IMG/VR virus record: IMGVR_UViG_3300037502_001747 | Coordinates: 1 to 57,321 of that record | Strand: one strand, 5' to 3' | DNA length: 57,321 nt | From: a virus | Taxonomy: Duplodnaviria > Caudoviricetes | Shown here: piece by piece, positions 49,201 to 57,321 of the stretch | Numbering within the stretch: position 1 is the stretch's first letter | How the letters are laid out: each line of letters begins with the position of its first letter | Position numbers and translations under genes: made by a program | Notes under the pieces: model-generated | The model's database searches: none | What the model was told of the DNA's origin: nothing | Seen by the model: only the letters and a program-made list of their open reading frames with translations

Positions 49201-52200
49201 GGAAGACCCGGGGGCTCGCTTCGGCGATCGTGGCCTGCTGACCTTCGCCAAGGCCAATGGTGACCCCAACTTCGCGCGAGTGGATGGGGTGCGGCAGATC
49301 GTCGGTGCCCCCGGCGGCTTCTCACTCGCCGACTGGAACACCATCGACGGGGTCGTGGACCTCGACGGTAGGCCGGTCACCCCGGTTGCACCCGGTCGCG
49401 TGCAGCTTCTGGCGCGCAACTTCGCAGCAAAGCTGGCGCGGGCACCCAAGATCACCGTCGTTCGCAACCAAGCTGACCTCAAGGCCAAGAACCCGCAGCT
49501 TTACGCCCGGGCAGTGGCAGCCCGCCCGCAGGGTGACTTCGATACTGCAGCCGCCATGGGGTACTCCTTTGGTGATGGGCAAGTCATCATCTTCTCTGAC
49601 CGGATCGGCACGGAACAACAGCTTCGCTTCGTCCTCGCCCACGAGACGATGGGCCACTACGGCCTGCGTGGCATCATGCCGGGTCCGAAGTTCGACGCTC
49701 TGATGGAGACGTTGTACACAGGCGACAGCCGCATTCAGCGCGCAGTCGACGCCGCGATGGCGGTCCGGCCGGGCATGTCCCGGGCCGAAGCCGTGGAAGA
49801 ATACTTGTCAGACTATGCCGCTGTGCTGGAGACGAGCATCGTCGCCCGCATCTGGAATGCCATCAAGGGTGCACTCAACAAGCTGGGCATCACCACTGGC
49901 GACGAGATGGTGCGCTACCTCCTAGACCAAGCCCGTCGGTACGCGCGTGATGGTAAGGGTGTGACCTTCGACGCCGGGGCAGTTGCTGCCCGTCTGCACA
50001 GTGTCGAGACCTCTGGTGACACAGGGCGCTTTGCTATCGGTGGGTCGCTGCGCGACGTCAACACTGTGGCCGGAACGATGCGGGACACCGTCGGTGGTAT
50101 GCCGATGAGCATCGAGGAAGGCTGGCGATTTCTACAAGGTCAGGGCGTTAATTCTGTCGATACTTGGGACCGGTTCAAGGCCAAGTTCTTGAGCCTTGCG
50201 AACTTCCGGGCGCGGCAGAACCCCGGGCTGGCAGCCCTCGAAGAACTGATGGACGAAGCCCGCAACATCTCCATGTCGCTCAAGGTTGGGTTCAACGAAG
50301 AACTCCAGCTGGTGCTTAACCGCGCCATTGCGGGCGAGGTCGGTGGTATCTCGGATGCCCAGACTGACCGGATCAACAAGATGCTCTACGCAGCGCAGCG
50401 GTTCAACGTGGCGGCGCTTCGCAACCAGCCTGACCTTGGCAACGTGCCGCTGTTCCGCTCCGAGGGTGGACGGCTGGTCCCCAACCAGCCCGAGGTTGAC
50501 CGCCTGCGCCGCATGGGTCGCCGGACCTTCGCGCAGATGCGTGATGGCTTCGAGTACCAAGTCTCCTATGAGGAGGCGGGCAAGACTGTCACCAAGACGG
50601 AACGCTTCGCCGGGTTCCCTGACCTCAAGGAGACCAGCAACGAGTGGCGTGGGTACCTCAAGGTACGTGACGCCATGGATAAGATCGAACTGGAGTTGCT
50701 GCGTGCGCGCTATGAGGGCGCGCTCCAAGAGCGTGATCTGGCATTCCGCCAGATTGCTGCCACTGTCCCCGAGGGGGAACTCAGCACGGCAGAACGCGCA
50801 GCACTGACCCAGCTGGCCGAGACCTACGGTCGGCTCTACACCAGCGACGTCACGCAGGACGAGACCGGCCGCGCAGTGCTTAACCCGAGATACCAGACCT
50901 ACGCCAACGATGTCCTGCGCACCACCAATGCCGCTCTCCTTGGCAAGGGGGACGACCGCTTCGATGCGCTGCGCACACTGCTGACCAGCCCGCGGGGGTT
51001 CACCACTGGTGAGGGGGATGCTACTAAGGTCGTAGATTCCCTGCCTGCAGCCATGGACGCACAGGCGGCTGACGATCTGATCGCGCAACTCAAGCAGTTC
51101 AAGACCCGGATGCGCATCGGCGAAGATCGCTTCGTGGTGCAGAACAAGATCAAGCAGATCATCCTGTCCGAGTTGGCAAGTAAGGACGCTGACAAGTACA
51201 CCAAGCGGACGATCGCCACGGGCTACACCCCGGTGCTGCGTGAGGGCAAGTTCCAAGTCCGGGTTGAGGCCACGGTGGGTGACCGCCCGGTGCGTCTGCA
51301 GGACAACTATCGGGAGCAACTGGTCTACTCGCAGGTGGATACTCCGGCCGAGGCGCTTGAATTGGCCAACAAGATCAATGGCACCTTCGGCGACACCGAG
51401 TTCGAGGTCATGGCCTACGACCAAGAGGCTGGTGAGTACCGGCTCCGCAAGGTTAAACTCAAGGCTGTGTCCGAGAGCGCACTCGACGCTGTGGCTGCGC
51501 CGCCTGAACTGAACCTCAACGAGTTCATCCGTGGCCTGCGGCAGTTCGATATCGCCCTCACGCCCGACAAGATGGAAGACATCGTCGTCGCCCTGACCAA
51601 GCAGAACAGCGCAGCACGTAACAGGCTGGAGCGTGCCTTCGTTCCCGGGGCTGACCTTGACGGCGTCATGGCCACCATGCGCCACATCGAGAGCCGTGCC
51701 TCTACCATCGCCAAGGTCATCATGCGGCCGCGTCTGGCCGAACTGATGGACCGCAGCATGGAGTCCACGCAGCGGCTGTGGAACGGGGATGCGGACACTC
51801 TGGCCAAACTCAAAGCCCGGGCCGAGTCGCTTGCTGCCAATCAGACAGCGACCAAGGAGGAGATCGCCGACGCGCAGCGGAAGTACGAGCAGTACGCCTA
51901 CATGTACGAGCAGACTAACCCGCAGGGCAAACCGCGCCGCGCGAACCAGTTCTACAACGAGGCAGCCAGCACCGTCGCTTTCCTTGACGGCAACAAGAAC
52001 GTGGACGAGTCGGACTTCGGCTCTGGCCCGGTCGTCTCGGCGGTGCGCGCCGCCACTTCCATGATGCAACTCGGCGGCTCCGTGGCCACGGGTGCGCTCA
52101 ACGTGCTCAGCGTCTACACCAACGGCATCCCGTACCTGTCCAGCTATAACCCGAAGACCGCCTTCGGCGGTGGGTTCGCTGTGGGTAAGGTGGTGACGGA

Positions 52201-53617
52201 ACTGCACCGCGCAGCCGCGCAGGTAGGCGGGCCGGGGATCACCAGTGGTGCGATGAACACCGCTGAGTTCTACGACAAGATTGCCACCGACCGGGCACTG
52301 CAGGACCGGTACGGCCTGAAGCCGCACGAGGCGCGGTTCATCGCACAGGAAATCCGGGACGGGGCCATGATCCCGGCCCAGTCCAACGCACTGGTGGGTA
52401 CCGCCCGTGGCCGCACGACCAAGGGATGGCAACAGAAGTTCCTCGACGGGTGGATGTGGACGTTCAACGTCACGGAGCAGGCATCGCGCCGCTCTCTGGG
52501 TCTGACTGCTTACCGGTTGGAGTACGCCCGCAGGCTGGAGGCTGGGGCCAGTGAGAAGGATGCGGCCGCTGCTGCGCGCAAGTTCGCTGTTCAGGCGCTG
52601 CAGTACACCATGGGTGAGTACTCCGTCCTCAACCGTCCGCCAGCGTGGCGCTCGGGCATTCAGTCGTTCATCTACATGTACAAGGTGTTCCCCACCACGT
52701 CTGTCCAGATGTTCATGAACATGTCCCGTGGCGGCAAGGTCGGTATGCTGACCGCACTCTGGCTGCTCAGCGGTCTGGCTGGTCTGCCCTTCGCCGAAGA
52801 CATCGAAGACCTCGTGGATACACTGGCACAGAAGCTGAAGGTGCCCGGCTGGCAGGGTGCACGGTACGAGACCGCGCAGTTCATCGACAGCATCTTCCCC
52901 GGCATGTCTCCGATCTTCCTCAAGGGGATCGTCAACCAAGCTGTCCCGGCCGACGTAGCTGGCCGCACCTCTCTTGGCGACTTGCTGCCCGGAACCGATA
53001 TCTTGTTGGCCGGAAGCGACGTGGCTCGTAGCATCTCGGAGATCGCCGGTCCTGCACCATCCATGCTGCTGGGCACCGCCCAGTTCGCCACCGACATCAT
53101 CGCCGCTCCGTTCTCCAAGGCTGTCACTGCGGAGGATGTTCTGCGCGAGGCGCCGGTCACGATGCTGCGCGCGACGGCGGATGCCTACGCCTACATCCAG
53201 AGCGGGGCAGTGGTGGATCGCCGTGGCTACATCGTGACCGACGACATGTCGGCATCGACCGTCATTGCGCGGGCACTTGGGTTCTACCCGTCCGCAGCAG
53301 CGGCGCAGTACGACACGATCCGGGCTGCCAAGCGCATGACCGACTACCAGCGTGAGGTCGTCACGGCGTACCGTACTGCATGGGTCAAGGCCATGATGCG
53401 CAACGACCGTGAAGGGGCGCGGGAGATCGAGGCTGCCGTCGAAGAGTGGAACAAGTCCGCCGCTGGCACGGCACTGGAGATCAACAACTTCGTGAAGAAC
53501 TCGCGCCGTACCCTCGGGGAAGCGCGACGCCCAGCGATGGAGCGGACCTTGCGGGCCGCACCTGATGCCGCTGAGCGTGATCTTCAGAACATGGTCGATC
53601 TGCTGACGGCGAACTAG
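46226..53617 (+). CDS. Giant internal virion/ejection protein (2463 aa) with zincin-like motif and PLxRFG-like region
   Basis: LAHETMGHYGLR...AVEEY; YTPVLREGKF; last gene of the structural arm. Confidence 0.8.
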   Translation: MADRGLSFTNPLFDSMNAGLRTPVGIAAGAPSNSIGLGNLAPNRADTAVQGERAVPGGTARRALQALSAPPAATAQQFFYPETGQIYSGGRLFNRDDATSAFAAPLAEAPPPPPGGVPLSAESYGRYLQSFGERRTTGELLGLGVRQAAEGLIGGVGAGLELAGATEVGPAIRGFAQEAFGQTENEQLRSALIAENSTMWERVVDASIQSGPTLVSIIGTGGLVGAGLRAVGAGAAMATAGATAGATGASFPMHLSSFYDAAERNGFDLTDPKVKTEIVGGAVANTLLDTFGPGMIFSTAFRRLAGEVGGQVARGALKNAAIGAGRIGFTEALTEGTQTLLESVVFDPEVRSTLAVNDLKLLAPMIAEKYGEDILVSMGAGAILGGGVGGVVSARATPGPQELPADKPVDLTQQGVEPEAPAAQPEVPAATGPLALPYIPGAETIGARPRDLPYIPVAPMGPEQVIDPNRPLTLQQVGLMRGATRGLRPEDRAAGNITVPSGERAVTLEGEVLPPETMAAAPQAARLRTLGAPAAAPQLTPPGTGAADFTAGPEGVAPTGAAPAAAPAAAPVTPGAQLRVGAAPRPGILPAPPQGAMADRLRAAMAARQEAEARRQAETTAQEAATRAAQEVARQRATQVEEAYAQREAQRATMYSAEQQAAYDQLTAEQKAYVDADTVWEQFRPEQSGVTLRDLAPKAQREWVAAVQRGTADQALYQKLRNRRPVGKAAPLVDVPTILQAAPEPEMTPPEPTPPKPTGKAKVQRKAAEPKAPKPLKVPKETQPSAGKPRAEAVTVESTKRSPRGAEPHRIVTLSDGRVIRIKHTGDKFAGSWTFLKTGDVIGEGIKADDAAARVAELASQGQLSDAVVDTEQEVAAEPTKLSVVEELEADINDFITVLESSTDKFDRHAAISGLQDALIDPSITPKLRTRVKDYLAELGPEVAAGDLNAKTDVNTATAQLTLMIEDFNAAPGDVTRTWQDQFRRLVAAVRKEDPGARFGDRGLLTFAKANGDPNFARVDGVRQIVGAPGGFSLADWNTIDGVVDLDGRPVTPVAPGRVQLLARNFAAKLARAPKITVVRNQADLKAKNPQLYARAVAARPQGDFDTAAAMGYSFGDGQVIIFSDRIGTEQQLRFVLAHETMGHYGLRGIMPGPKFDALMETLYTGDSRIQRAVDAAMAVRPGMSRAEAVEEYLSDYAAVLETSIVARIWNAIKGALNKLGITTGDEMVRYLLDQARRYARDGKGVTFDAGAVAARLHSVETSGDTGRFAIGGSLRDVNTVAGTMRDTVGGMPMSIEEGWRFLQGQGVNSVDTWDRFKAKFLSLANFRARQNPGLAALEELMDEARNISMSLKVGFNEELQLVLNRAIAGEVGGISDAQTDRINKMLYAAQRFNVAALRNQPDLGNVPLFRSEGGRLVPNQPEVDRLRRMGRRTFAQMRDGFEYQVSYEEAGKTVTKTERFAGFPDLKETSNEWRGYLKVRDAMDKIELELLRARYEGALQERDLAFRQIAATVPEGELSTAERAALTQLAETYGRLYTSDVTQDETGRAVLNPRYQTYANDVLRTTNAALLGKGDDRFDALRTLLTSPRGFTTGEGDATKVVDSLPAAMDAQAADDLIAQLKQFKTRMRIGEDRFVVQNKIKQIILSELASKDADKYTKRTIATGYTPVLREGKFQVRVEATVGDRPVRLQDNYREQLVYSQVDTPAEALELANKINGTFGDTEFEVMAYDQEAGEYRLRKVKLKAVSESALDAVAAPPELNLNEFIRGLRQFDIALTPDKMEDIVVALTKQNSAARNRLERAFVPGADLDGVMATMRHIESRASTIAKVIMRPRLAELMDRSMESTQRLWNGDADTLAKLKARAESLAANQTATKEEIADAQRKYEQYAYMYEQTNPQGKPRRANQFYNEAASTVAFLDGNKNVDESDFGSGPVVSAVRAATSMMQLGGSVATGALNVLSVYTNGIPYLSSYNPKTAFGGGFAVGKVVTELHRAAAQVGGPGITSGAMNTAEFYDKIATDRALQDRYGLKPHEARFIAQEIRDGAMIPAQSNALVGTARGRTTKGWQQKFLDGWMWTFNVTEQASRRSLGLTAYRLEYARRLEAGASEKDAAAAARKFAVQALQYTMGEYSVLNRPPAWRSGIQSFIYMYKVFPTTSVQMFMNMSRGGKVGMLTALWLLSGLAGLPFAEDIEDLVDTLAQKLKVPGWQGARYETAQFIDSIFPGMSPIFLKGIVNQAVPADVAGRTSLGDLLPGTDILLAGSDVARSISEIAGPAPSMLLGTAQFATDIIAAPFSKAVTAEDVLREAPVTMLRATADAYAYIQSGAVVDRRGYIVTDDMSASTVIARALGFYPSAAAAQYDTIRAAKRMTDYQREVVTAYRTAWVKAMMRNDREGAREIEAAVEEWNKSAAGTALEINNFVKNSRRTLGEARRPAMERTLRAAPDAAERDLQNMVDLLTAN

Positions 53618-56475
53618 CGTATCACGCGCAGTTGCCCGAGGGTCAGGCTGTCGGGTGCGCTGCCGTCGTTGTCCAGTAGGTCCTTGAGCCGGTCGTGCGC
53701 GAGGTTGATCCCGACCACGTAGGTCTGTGGCAGTCGCAGTTCCGGCAGGTTCCGGCCGAGCATGGCCTTCTTCGAGGTGGGCGTGGCGTCGATGCTCTCC
53801 GCTTCAAGGGTGTCGGTGAACTTCTTCCAGTCGCCACCACGGCTGGCCATCCACTTGCGGAAGTGGGTCTTGTCGACCAGCAGGATACCACGGTCGTTCT
53901 TGGCTGCGGCACTCTTGCGGTACAGATCGAACCGCACTCGCACCTCGCCGCGCGGCAGGCGCGTCTCGTCGTAGATGGCGTTGGGGTTGTTGTCCACATG
54001 CGTGACCGCCACGGTGGCAGAGCGCATCTCGTTCAGGTACTCGGACAGCAGGTCGAACTCGTCCAGCTTCGCTGCGCTGATGCTGCGCCGCACCATCCCT
54101 GCCTGAACCAAGGCGAACTCCGTGGCCTTGGTGTAGTCGTAATCGACCCAGCCATTCTCGACGGCGATCTTGTTCATCAGGTCAGCCAGCACGATCATGA
54201 CTTCCCAGTACCGCTCCTCGCCGCTGAACCGAACCTTGTACTTCTTCTCGAAGGCGACCATGTGGTCGGCGATCACCTTGGTGGCAGCGACCTCACCTAT
54301 ACCCACCAGCCACTCCAGTACCCACACTCCGACATGACCGTAGTTGCGGGTGATCGTATTGTAGAACTTGCGCCCCACATCGGTGCTCTTGGTGAACAGG
54401 TCCGAACTATCCAGCGAGAGTTCCAGCATCCGGGCCATCTGCGCGTCTGTCTCAAACGTGGCTGCCAAGAGTTTGCCGCCCATGGGGCGGTTGGTCGAGA
54501 GGGTCACTGGCGCCGCCCACGTGCGTGGGTCACGCTCCTCCACTCTGGCGTTGAGCCGGCTCTTGTCCCGGCCCTGCGTGACGCCGTAGATGAAGTCACC
54601 GACCTCTTTGTCGGGCATCATGGTCGTCTCGTCGATCGTCATGGGCAGGTTGCTGTAGAACGAGAGGCGCATGAACAGCGCGTTCTGGGTGTACTTGGAC
54701 TGGTAGTGGAGTTCGACAGGGTTGCCCCACACAGACTGCATCGCCAGCTGGGCCAGCGACTTGCCGCTACCCGTCGGCCCGTAGAGTGACAGCACGCCAC
54801 CCTTGAGGCCAGTGAACTGGTAGAGAGGGGCCGACATCGACACGCCCATGGCGAATATGTGTGCGTTCAGCCCGGCCACATCCATCAGCTTGGTGATCTT
54901 GAGCCACTTCTCGTGGTCGCCCTTGGTTCCGTACATCCCGTTGCTGACACGCTGCACCGCAGACGACAGCACAACATCCTCGATAACGACCTGCCCTTGT
55001 TCATCCTTGCGCACCTGCCTCTCGCCGAGCACGAAGACGGTGTTGTCTTCCTTCCACCCCAGCGTGGTGTACAGGTTGGTAGTTGTTCTGAGCCTGCGGA
55101 GTTCATCCATGTAGGAGCGAAGCATTAGCTGGAACCTCTCGGTTAGACCCTTGTGTGGGAGCACGATCCCTTGGTCAGCGATGGCGGTGGGGAACTCCCG
55201 GTTCCCGTCGGCGAGGTAGGCTTGCCGGAACTTCAGTTCCTGCCAGCCCTTGTGTGGGCGCTTCCAGTGGTACCTGACCACCTCGTAGCCGAGGGCTTCA
55301 TCCCGCCCGTAGCTGATGGGGTACATGTCAAACGGCACCACCTCGATGTCGGTGTCGTCGATGGTCTGGGCAATGCCGCCAGCCTTAGTGCGCTTGAACC
55401 CCTTGGGCAGCGGCACTTCATGAGCGACCGTGTCCAGCACATCTTCTGCGGGGCCTTCAGCCTCGGCCAACTGTCGGCCGATCTGGGCGGGGCTGGTTAT
55501 CTTACCAGCAAATGGGCACTTGCTGCACCCACTATTGCGCAGGTCCTTGAACTTCTTACAGGTGGTGGGGCCAGTGGCCTGCCGCTTCCACTGCTCGATC
55601 TTGAGGACGGTCTTGCTGTAGTCGAAGTCCGGATGCTGGTCTGACCAAGCTACCGCTACCGCCTCGGCGTCGTCACAGAACGCAGCGACACCCATCAGCG
55701 CATACCAGAAGGGCTCGTCCACCTCATGCTGGTTGGTCGCCGCCCAACGCACCTGCCCGCAGCCTGCCAACACCTTGTCCGCGCGGGCGGGCTCGTACTC
55801 CTGCCCACTGGAGAGTGCAGCCGTCAGGCTCGACGGTGCCGCCTTGGTGAAGCCGCGGGGTGCAGGCATCCGCTTGATGTAGGACGACAGGACGGAGCGC
55901 AGCGTGGCCGGATCGTAGTCCGGACAGTCCTTGATGAGTGCGACCTCGACCCCGTTCTTAGGATTGTGGGTGCCCACCGGGCGCAGCACTCGGGCGCTGT
56001 CGGCTGTGACAGCAGGGTCGATCTCGAACTCATGGTGCTTGGCGCACTCCTTCAGCCCGTCCGCCAGAGGCTGCCAGTCCATTGGGGATAGCGCCTCAGT
56101 CATTGGCCAGTACACGTGCAGACCACGGCCAGAGTTCACGACCATGGGGGCAGGCATACCGCTTGCCTTGAGGAACGCCTTGAGTGCCTTGGCACCCTCC
56201 CGCTGGTCAGCGAAGGGCTTGTCCTCACCGCAGTCGATGTCGATGAAGAGTGACTTGGTCTTGTGGACGTTGGCCTGCTTACGGTTCCCAGCTTCCACGA
56301 ACGACGACAATGCGTAGTAGACGTTGCCACCTGCGATGTCGATCCGAATCACTGCGTTGGCCAGCGCCTCTACGGTCTCGTATGACTTCTGTGCACGGCG
56401 ATCCGGGTTGATAACGGTTGCTACTAAATATCCCTCGTCGGGCAGAACTCTGCCCAGAAACTCGACTGTGTCCAT
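53614..56475 (-). CDS. Primase-helicase (AEP/RepB-like primase, PriCT-2, DUF927 helicase)
   Basis: FIDIDC, SGRGLHVYW, ARVLRPVGT, C...CSKC, GPTGSGKS, TIDE, NYGHVG. Confidence 0.88.
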   Translation of the reverse strand: MDTVEFLGRVLPDEGYLVATVINPDRRAQKSYETVEALANAVIRIDIAGGNVYYALSSFVEAGNRKQANVHKTKSLFIDIDCGEDKPFADQREGAKALKAFLKASGMPAPMVVNSGRGLHVYWPMTEALSPMDWQPLADGLKECAKHHEFEIDPAVTADSARVLRPVGTHNPKNGVEVALIKDCPDYDPATLRSVLSSYIKRMPAPRGFTKAAPSSLTAALSSGQEYEPARADKVLAGCGQVRWAATNQHEVDEPFWYALMGVAAFCDDAEAVAVAWSDQHPDFDYSKTVLKIEQWKRQATGPTTCKKFKDLRNSGCSKCPFAGKITSPAQIGRQLAEAEGPAEDVLDTVAHEVPLPKGFKRTKAGGIAQTIDDTDIEVVPFDMYPISYGRDEALGYEVVRYHWKRPHKGWQELKFRQAYLADGNREFPTAIADQGIVLPHKGLTERFQLMLRSYMDELRRLRTTTNLYTTLGWKEDNTVFVLGERQVRKDEQGQVVIEDVVLSSAVQRVSNGMYGTKGDHEKWLKITKLMDVAGLNAHIFAMGVSMSAPLYQFTGLKGGVLSLYGPTGSGKSLAQLAMQSVWGNPVELHYQSKYTQNALFMRLSFYSNLPMTIDETTMMPDKEVGDFIYGVTQGRDKSRLNARVEERDPRTWAAPVTLSTNRPMGGKLLAATFETDAQMARMLELSLDSSDLFTKSTDVGRKFYNTITRNYGHVGVWVLEWLVGIGEVAATKVIADHMVAFEKKYKVRFSGEERYWEVMIVLADLMNKIAVENGWVDYDYTKATEFALVQAGMVRRSISAAKLDEFDLLSEYLNEMRSATVAVTHVDNNPNAIYDETRLPRGEVRVRFDLYRKSAAAKNDRGILLVDKTHFRKWMASRGGDWKKFTDTLEAESIDATPTSKKAMLGRNLPELRLPQTYVVGINLAHDRLKDLLDNDGSAPDSLTLGQLRVIR

Positions 56476-56494
56476 ATCCCTACCCTGCTCTATG

Positions 56495-56518
56495 GAATGG
56501 GGGCTCGAGCCCCCATTC
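56495..56518. promoter_or_regulatory. Perfect 24-bp palindrome between the HTH gene and the primase
   Basis: gaatgggggctcgagcccccattc. Confidence 0.55.
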
Positions 56519-56803
56519 TTACACTACGCGGATCAGTTTTAGTAGCTCTGCGTAGCGATCATCACTCTCCATGGCGACCACGTTTGGCGACGGCCATTCG
56601 TGATCCACCATTATGCGAAGGACTTCTTTCAGGACCTTGCGCACGTACACTACATTTCGTGGTGTGACTGAACCCAGTGCCTTCCAGTTGTAGTAAGTTA
56701 CTCGGGATACCCCGAGTAACTGTGCCATCTGGGTGCGCGTGAGCAGCATGTGCTTCCTGAGAGAGTCGATCTTCTCGAAGCTGATCACGCGAACGTCAGT
56801 CAT
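56519..56803 (-). CDS. XRE-family HTH regulator
   Basis: LRKHMLLTRTQMAQLLGVSRVTYYNW. Confidence 0.82.
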   Translation of the reverse strand: MTDVRVISFEKIDSLRKHMLLTRTQMAQLLGVSRVTYYNWKALGSVTPRNVVYVRKVLKEVLRIMVDHEWPSPNVVAMESDDRYAELLKLIRVV

Positions 56804-57321
56804 CGAGGTCCATATCCTCCATCAGCGAGGCGATCTCGTCGGCCAGCGAAGCAGCGCCCTTGGCTTCGACCCTCGGTGCTGCCTTGGGGACCGGCTTGGC
56901 AGCTGCCTTGGGCTTGGGAGCGGGGGCTTCCTCTTCCTCCTCGACGGGCGCTGCCGGTGCGGCCTTAGCACCGAACCCACGTGTGGGAGCGGGCGCTTCT
57001 TCCGGCTCGGGCTGCGGCTTGACCGGGGGCTTACCTGCGGCCTTCGGCTTGGCTTCCGGCGCGGGTGCCGGCGGAGCCAGTTCCTTTTCGCCAGTGATCT
57101 CCATCACCTTATCCGAACCGAACAGTTGTTCAACCGCAGCGTAGGCATCCTCGTCAAGGAACCCGCCGAACTTGAAGATCAGCTTGGGAAAGCTGGCGTC
57201 GGTGTCGAAGGTGACCACGGTCTTCACTGCCTCGACCGGGATGCCGCGCAGCGACAGTTCCTTCTGGTAGGCAGCCATGCCCTTGAGCGCAGCCGGGGTG
57301 ATCTGCAGCAGGTAGATCGGA
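56796..57321 (-). CDS. C-terminal part of the putative ssDNA-binding protein (joins 1..588)
   Basis: In-frame continuation through the terminal repeat; Pro/Ala/Lys linker and acidic tail. Confidence 0.65.
   Translation of the reverse strand, partial: PIYLLQITPAALKGMAAYQKELSLRGIPVEAVKTVVTFDTDASFPKLIFKFGGFLDEDAYAAVEQLFGSDKVMEITGEKELAPPAPAPEAKPKAAGKPPVKPQPEPEEAPAPTRGFGAKAAPAAPVEEEEEAPAPKPKAAAKPVPKAAPRVEAKGAASLADEIASLMEDMDLDD
57195..57321. repeat. Second copy of the 127-bp terminal repeat
   Basis: Identical to 1-127. Confidence 0.95.

Noticed and set aside
50132-52939. Long antisense ORFs (935 aa here; also 1738..2883, 27923..29179, 31261..32781, 53695..54789)
   Set aside because: These are shadows of GC3-biased genes with no recognisable motifs or RBS, unlike the intein-nested HNH.
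57195-57321. 127-bp terminal repeat as a biological direct terminal repeat
   Set aside because: It lies mid-gene and equals a common assembly k-mer length, so it is best explained as circular contig overlap.

Overview
This window is a complete, circularly assembled dsDNA tailed-phage genome. Bases 1-127 are identical to 57195-57321, giving about 57,194 unique bp. The gene content is podovirus-like: portal, scaffold, capsid, adaptors, nozzle and four ejection proteins (one of 2463 aa), with no tape-measure or sheath genes. The host is probably an alphaproteobacterium (Rhodobacteraceae-like; inference from protein motifs only). The leftward arm carries early and accessory genes (MoxR AAA, DUF3150-like and DUF2201/vWA module, exported proteins, Lar-like) and replication genes (PolA, Cas4-like nuclease, VRR-NUC, SNF2 helicase, SSB-like, primase-helicase). 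The rightward arm carries packaging, structural and lysis genes. No integrase, RNA polymerase, tRNA or CRISPR array was seen. The main observations are: (1) the large-terminase intein has no recognisable in-frame endonuclease but carries a complete HTH-HNH gene on the opposite strand with its own promoter-like sequence and RBS; (2) an intact type II hammerhead ribozyme with a pseudoknot lies upstream of the MoxR ATPase; (3) an early Tat-signal protein resembles the core of the phage's own fibre lectin-like domain and sits beside two lipoproteins; (4) short direct repeats at RBS/start junctions bound early gene cassettes; (5) an AT-rich region has three IHF consensus sites and about 12 TGTAAA repeats. 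All family names come from motif recognition by eye; no database searches were run.
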